A stretch of DNA of 39,585 nt from Halocafeteria seosinensis (Eukaryota): contig LVLI01000221.1 of assembly GCA_001687465.1 (NCBI GenBank), forward strand, positions 1 through 39,585. The letters run 5' to 3'. The position numbers and the translations under genes are program-made. A model generated the notes under the pieces. That model saw only the letters and a list, made by a program, of their open reading frames with translations, ran no database searches and was not told the origin of the DNA. The number at the start of each line of letters is the position of its first letter. Position 1 is the first letter of the stretch. This document shows positions 33,878 to 39,585 of this stretch, in pieces.

Positions 33878-36337
33878 CTACGTATGTTGCTGGGCTTCAT
33901 ACTTCTTGAGCCAGTATCTTAATTGACTCAATTCTTTCTCCACCTCTTCCAGACGTCTTTCGTGACCTCTCTTTTTGCGTCTTCCCTCGATCGTCCGAGG
34001 TTCTCCCGGGCCAAGCTTATCGAGTTCGCCTGTTAGCTGGTTCTTTTCAAGATTCAAGTTCATCAGCTCCCTCTCCTTCCTTTGAGCTGTTTCCCTGTGG
34101 GCTTCAGAAGAAGCCTCAGTTGCAAACGGTGCCGCCCTTTGTCTCGATGCAATTTCCTGCGAATGTTCTTTCTTCCTTACACGTTCACTTTCCCGTGCTT
34201 TGGCTTGTTCCTGCAAACTGCGAAGTTGTTCAGCGACACCCGACGTCGGTGATGTCGGGTTTGTGTGACTGGTGGATGCAGCACTAGAAGCGCTTGCATG
34301 GTTCAATCCGAAGCCCGTCTGCGACTGCGTAGATCCGTTAGAGCTAAACGATCCACTTTTAGGAAGTCCAGGGTACGAAGCAGCCGCCGAATCATAAATT
34401 CCTGGAAGAGCACCTGTGCTCCTTGACATACTGTCCCCTTGAAATAGCTGGCCTCGCGCTGCACTCGACAAAGTGAGACGCGCATCAGTCTGTGGCGGAT
34501 CAGCATGATAACTACCAGCATATTTATCGTAATTACTGCCATTGTAATTCAGATTTGTCGCACTTGCTCCGTTACCGCTCACAGACGCAGAGTTGAACGA
34601 CAAGCCGGCGTTCCCCGTTGCTCCCGAGCGGTAAGGGGCATAATAATTCGTATGTGGTATGGCACTATTCATACTGTTTGACGCCCCACTGGCAGGCCAA
34701 GATGACCCGGAGCTGAAATTTCCTATTGATCCAACCGCTTGATGATTTTCATACGAGCCATGAGCAGTTCCGGCCGCCGGCTGAGAGAGCTTCGGCATAT
34801 AACGTCCACTAGCGGGGAGCGACGGTGGCCCACTGCTCGCGTTATTTACTGTAAGCTGGTCGCAGTCTTGCTGCAGACGATGATTTTTCTGAAGAAGATC
34901 CTGAACCTGCGATCTGAGTTGCCGATTTTCATCCTGAAGTAAGCTAACTTGCTCAGCGGTCATACTGTATCGCTGATTGGCGTCATCAAGACGGCTCTGA
35001 AGTTGATTGAACCGATACATGTCGGAGTCCCGCTCGGAACGAACATTGGCGAGTTCTTGCTCTAATTGGCGAACACGCTCTTGTAGACGCTCAACTTCTT
35101 CAGAATTCTCCTGGTTTGCATTATCCTTCTTAACTGCGTCATATTGCTCTTGGATCATTTTATTTTCCACGTTTGCCGCTTCCAGTTGTCGTTGCAGAGA
35201 CATCACTCGAGTCTCTGCCTCTGCCGCTGCATTTTCGGCGTTCTCTAACCGTGCTTGGAAGTCTTCGTTTTCCTGTCCCTGTTGATCATAGTGTTGAGGA
35301 TACCCACTACTCGAATCCATAGGATACGCATTAGAATATTCACCATATGCCGGATACGTTGCTTCGTTCCCGGGCTCATACGCATGTCCCTGTGACGTAT
35401 GTGGCGGCTCCTCTTGCTGCCGAACAGAATTTGACTCTAGCTGCTGTAACGCATCGATCAAATCATCCTTGGCCCGACAATCCTGTTGAAGCGACTCCAC
35501 CTGCCGTTTAAGTATTTCTACTTGGTCAAATGACTGTTCATTCCCGTCATTAGTGTGGTTTTCGCCAGCGTTGCCCTCCTTAGGCTGATCTTCGTGTTCT
35601 GCTGGCGGGATCGCTTTCGACCTATTATGAAGCTGTGTCTCCTCTTGCTGGAACGGGAAAGGATATTGCTTCCCTGGAGTGGACTCAGCGTCGTCATACA
35701 GAAAATTGCTCACGTTCTTGTTATGCGAACGACGGCTGTGTTCGTGTTTGTTCTTCCCACTCCCACTAGCAGAAAATTTGTCATCAAGAGGCGGAGGTTC
35801 CTCTGAGAATACCGGAATTGATTTACCGGCAAGTTCCCCTTTCTTTCTTTGAGCGGCTCCTGAGTTGCGTGACGCAGCGTTCCTGTGGCGCCCTGTAGCG
35901 TCGTTTGTTGATTTCGTGTCCTTCGTAGGGTGTTTTTTCTTCCTGCTGGATTTGGAGTAGTGTTTAATACTGCCACCGTCGCCTCCAGAGGAAGAACTAC
36001 CAGATTCATCTTCTTCCTGAGTAAATGATTCGTCACTGCTCTTCCTCTTCCCATGCCGTCGATGTCTTCGATATTGGCCTTTGCTGTGATGGCGTCGTTT
36101 CCCGCGGCCAATGTCAGAATCCTCCGTTTCCGACGCTTTCTTTCTCCTCTCCCGTCTTCTGTCGGGACCACTGCCGGTGCTGCTACTGCTGCTGCTTCCA
36201 CTCGCATCGGATCCCGTGGAGGACAACTCATCACTGTCCTCTTCCGACGACGGCGAAGGGGAGCGTTTACTGCGCCGTCGAGGTCCATCCGATGCTTCCG
36301 ACAGTCGACGTCTGTGTGTCTTCCCTTTTGAAGGCAT
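33878..36337 (-). CDS. 819-aa intronless protein: basic/Ser-rich N-terminus, central coiled coil, C-terminal MPP9/enkurin-like helical domain
   Basis: Long uninterrupted ORF. C-terminus ERELMNLNLEKNQLTGELDKL...RTIEGRRKKRGHERRLEEVEKELSQLRYWLKK. Confidence 0.85.
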   Translation of the reverse strand: MPSKGKTHRRRLSEASDGPRRRSKRSPSPSSEEDSDELSSTGSDASGSSSSSSTGSGPDRRRERRKKASETEDSDIGRGKRRHHSKGQYRRHRRHGKRKSSDESFTQEEDESGSSSSGGDGGSIKHYSKSSRKKKHPTKDTKSTNDATGRHRNAASRNSGAAQRKKGELAGKSIPVFSEEPPPLDDKFSASGSGKNKHEHSRRSHNKNVSNFLYDDAESTPGKQYPFPFQQEETQLHNRSKAIPPAEHEDQPKEGNAGENHTNDGNEQSFDQVEILKRQVESLQQDCRAKDDLIDALQQLESNSVRQQEEPPHTSQGHAYEPGNEATYPAYGEYSNAYPMDSSSGYPQHYDQQGQENEDFQARLENAENAAAEAETRVMSLQRQLEAANVENKMIQEQYDAVKKDNANQENSEEVERLQERVRQLEQELANVRSERDSDMYRFNQLQSRLDDANQRYSMTAEQVSLLQDENRQLRSQVQDLLQKNHRLQQDCDQLTVNNASSGPPSLPASGRYMPKLSQPAAGTAHGSYENHQAVGSIGNFSSGSSWPASGASNSMNSAIPHTNYYAPYRSGATGNAGLSFNSASVSGNGASATNLNYNGSNYDKYAGSYHADPPQTDARLTLSSAARGQLFQGDSMSRSTGALPGIYDSAAASYPGLPKSGSFSSNGSTQSQTGFGLNHASASSAASTSHTNPTSPTSGVAEQLRSLQEQAKARESERVRKKEHSQEIASRQRAAPFATEASSEAHRETAQRKERELMNLNLEKNQLTGELDKLGPGEPRTIEGRRKKRGHERRLEEVEKELSQLRYWLKKYEAQQHT

Positions 36338-36900
36338 CGCTAGTCACTCTCTCCACCGAAAACTGCAAAGTTCACCCACCATGTACAAATCAGGCACCAG
36401 ATCAGATCCCGAAGCCACACACACCGTGCGACATACATACATACTATTTGTCTACTCAAGGAGGGATCCCTTCACTTGTTCACGTTAACAACCGCATCTC
36501 CGTCAACGACACGAGTATATCCAGTAGAGTGTAATTCATTTATTTGACGTGCTTTTGGCACCGACGGACAATGTGTAGGGATGATATGAATAGGGCTATT
36601 CTACCTCAGCGAGCACGATCCGTTAAGCACCGCCATGACGCAACTTCAACTGGGGGGTCCATCGCAGGTGCATACGGCAGTAGCATGCACATAAGCGACA
36701 GATTTGTGGTAGTCATTCAGCAGTGTAGTTCATAAGTGTGTGACTCGTATACTGTCAGGGTTAATTGGTGGCTGCTTCAGAAAGATTTCTTGTGGTGCGA
36801 GCAACCAAACGCGCCAAAACCCCTCTGGATTTCCTTGCATTCATTCACTAGCACGTTTTATACTACCACCGCGGCATTTAGCCCAAAAATGCTCCCCACA

Positions 36901-38262
36901 ATGGCAGGACCGCATGGGAAAGGGAAGGGCCGAGGAGAGGTCCCGGAGGACATTAAGCGCAGAGCGCAACGCCAAGCTGAACGCACTTCCCGGTTACTCG
37001 ATGCACGGCAAAGAACCATTGGGGTATGTGGAGTAGCAGACAAGGCTGCATTACGTACGTGTGGTACTAACGGAATGTTTGTCTTTCAGGTTGATAAAGA
37101 TGCCCTGGACCGTCAGGTCCAAGAGCACCAGCAACAAAATGAAGACGAACGTGATTTTGAACAAACGGAAGGTATGCTTGAGCTTGACACACAGGAATCA
37201 AAGGACTTGCATGACTGTTTTGTATTGTCTTCTCTCTCGACCATTTGCACACAGCTGAAAGACTGCGCCGAGCTTGTGAACAAGCCGACGAAGAAGAGTA
37301 CCAACGAAGACTGGATGAAACGCAACAAAGGGCCAACCTGTATCACTATTGGCAAGTCCAACAGCGAAGCCCCAAACAGGAGTGGGACTTGAATGACCCT
37401 CAGTTTTTGAAGAAAGATGCGCCTCCAAGGACTTCGGATTATGTTCCTCCAGAGTGTACAGTCAGTTCTCTGCAAGTGTTTGACGCCGAAAACAGACGCA
37501 TTGAAACTCCTAGGAGAAACCGGAAAGAGGTAAGCAACATCCCTTGGAATCGAAACTGGGTTATGGGATTTAGTGCGTGGTATGCGTTTGCAGCTTATCG
37601 AAGAAAATGATCGTCTTATGCGAGAACACGAAGTGGAGCGTCAAAGAGAAGCGGACACGAAGAGATACGAGGACGAAGTTTTACTGAACACTGCAAAGCA
37701 AGCTGAAGACGAAGAAATGCAACGGCAAGCAGACAGAGTTAAACGGGAAGTTGATTTACGTGAAACTCAGAAGCAAATGGACAGGTATCGCAAACACCGC
37801 GAGAACCGTTTGCGGGAGGAAGACGACAAAATGGCACAGGACCATATCAACACTATGCGGGATTCAGCATTGATCGTGGAAGACAGGACGATAGGATATC
37901 GCTTCGACGACCCCAATAGACCGCGGCCGGACCATTTTAAGGGGTTTTCTCAGGAAGAGATTCAAGAAATTCACAGAACACAGGGTAGACAAATGGAAGA
38001 GAAGGAAGCATTGCGAGAGGAGGATAGGAAATGTAGCGAAGAATCAGATAGGCATACACTAGAGACTATCCAAAAGGGAAATGAAATGGAGCAAGCATTG
38101 CGTGACAGTGAGTCCCGAAATAGGGTCGAGTACTATGAGCACTTACGACGCCAAGCAAAGTATGATCGCAAGATGAGAAAGAACAAAATCAAGGATGAAC
38201 GGGAATACCAAGAAGTGTTCAATAACTCTATACTCTCGCGCTTCGGAACATCGTTGGTATAA
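36901..38262 (+). CDS. RIB43A: RIB43A-family ciliary microtubule inner protein, about 382 aa; exons 36901-37023, 37090-37171, 37255-37529, 37594-38262 (start may be 36889)
   Basis: RLLDARQRTIGVDKDALDRQV, EWDLNDP.FLKKD.PPR, SSLQ.FD, RPDHFKG.S.E and terminal FGTS. Introns 37024-37089, 37172-37254 and 37530-37593 preserve the frame. Confidence 0.95.
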
Positions 38263-39008
38263 TTTAGACTACTATGCAATGGTTATGATGTGTCAGTCTA
38301 CCGAATCTGAATGTTCGAATTGACTGCCACAATGAACTTGCGTAAGGCATATTGTCCCGCATTCAGATATTTCGCTCACTGCGCTGTGGTTCTGCGAACA
38401 GGTGATGGTCATACTTTGTGAGAATAAAATTCAGGCATCATATGAAATAAACACTTTTACCACATTCGCGCAGCCAAAATGGAGCTCTAGCCAATCTAAC
38501 AGGCTGATAGATTGTTGACACGTCTGTAGAACACGCATAAGAAACCTAACGAGCCGTACCTAGCCCATATAGCCAAGGATTACATGGTTTTCATGCATTC
38601 TTTTGCCCGAAGCACAGGTGCGGGTGGGGACAACGAGATCACCCGGGTGTGCTACTATAGGAGCCGGGAGTGTAGCCCACAAAGAGGTTCCGGACACTTT
38701 ACCCGTGCGGGTCCGGGTAAAAAATGGCGATCGCCAAAAATGGATCTCATTCCACAACTAGTATGGCAACGTGCGGGTACCACCATTCGATAGATAATAT
38801 CATTGCGATTCCAACTATGTCATTGTACGTCTCATTTCTCCTCTTCCTCTTGAGTGACGACTGAGCCAAGTACGGGCTTCAAAACGGCTCGTTTGCGTAA
38901 GTTTCATGGCCCTTACGTGGTCAATATCGAAGGCTTCCAGTCAATTTCAAGACTCCAGTGTCGCTTCAGTATACTAACTAAGCTCTTTTCTATCCAGAAC
39001 AAAAAGAA

Positions 39009-39074
39009 TTCCGGATGGGCTTTTAAGCCCAGATGGTCCTGTTCCGGATGGGCTTTTAAGCCCAGATGGTCCTG
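39009..39074. repeat. Perfect 33-nt tandem duplication, each unit containing a hairpin
   Basis: TTCCGGATGGGCTTTTAAGCCCAGATGGTCCTG at 39009-39041 and 39042-39074. Confidence 0.95.
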
Positions 39075-39297
39075 TCAACTTGGAAAGTGCAGTCTAGCTC
39101 TCCAACACGACAAACATTTCTTTGCCTTCTCGTTTACCTCAATACGCCGTATAAGCAACAATATAATACATGTGTCCAGATAGAGCGTTCAATTCTACAT
39201 CGTTCTGGGTGATCTAAGAATGCAGAGACTGCGTGTATAAAACAAGAGAAGCTCCAAACCACTCCAACCCCCCCAACTTCACAACGTAAAAAAGTGT

Positions 39298-39326
39298 CCC
39301 ACTCCCACTCCCACTCCCACACCCAC
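39298..39326. repeat. Short (CCCACT)n hexamer repeat
   Basis: CCCACT x3, then CCCACA and CCCAC. Confidence 0.85.
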
Positions 39327-39585
39327 AGCAAAAAAGCAGGTGTGCATCTTTCAGGTAGGTGTGCATTCTCTCCGTGTTAATTCACTTGGAAGGCGCACTG
39401 TGAATGTGAAGCAGCAGGTGTGCGTTATATACTTGTTGCAGTCACGTACTGTACAGTCGGCCAGAGTTGATTCAGAAACGGATACACAATGTCTTCCTCA
39501 TCATTTAAGATGGGTTCTTCTAAAGAACAATTTCGTGGGGCGACAGCTTTGTTCAGAAGCTCAGCAACAAGTACCCACACAATCC

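Noticed and set aside
35710..36534. Overlapping 100-190 aa ORFs in alternative frames and strands
   Set aside because: Shadows of the low-complexity N-terminus of the 819-aa gene, with no independent motifs.
39009..39074. Mini-CRISPR with palindromic 33-nt repeats
   Set aside because: The two copies abut directly with no spacer.
39298..39326. CCCACT repeat as a telomeric seed
   Set aside because: Only about four units, internal, and not matching the CCCTAA/CCCTAAA-type repeats.
1..39585. tRNA, rRNA or snRNA genes
   Set aside because: The GGTTCGA hits I checked (e.g. near 2337, 3527, 6613, 16254, 17008) lie in coding or pseudogene sequence with no cloverleaf. No rRNA or snRNA motifs were recognised by eye; tRNAscan-SE or Infernal would be needed to exclude them fully.

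Overview
Gene-dense eukaryotic (protist) genomic DNA in the standard genetic code. I reconstructed 29 frame-preserving GT-AG coding introns, 28 of them 59-96 nt and one 149 nt. RIB43A implies a flagellated organism; the short introns and the QCR8 and H2A styles suggest a stramenopile (inference). Recognisable genes: MBOAT lysophospholipid acyltransferase, a multi-HMG-box protein, long-form tRNase Z (ELAC2), tripeptidyl peptidase II, QCR8, two tandem histone H2A genes and RIB43A. Several hypothetical proteins are also present (secreted beta-rich, RGG/IDR, p25alpha-like, MPP9/enkurin-like C-terminus, Mal d 1-associated-like). Two stretches (about 1.7-3.2 kb and 19.3-22.0 kb) lack intact genes and appear to hold decayed transposon or pseudogene material. 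The most notable signal is that both intronless H2A copies end in a non-canonical H2A.X-like SQTY motif and share a 17-nt histone-type 3' stem-loop where copy-to-copy homology ends. No prokaryote-type system (CRISPR, defence island) and no clearly novel multi-gene system is evident. All family assignments come from motif recognition by eye, not database searches.
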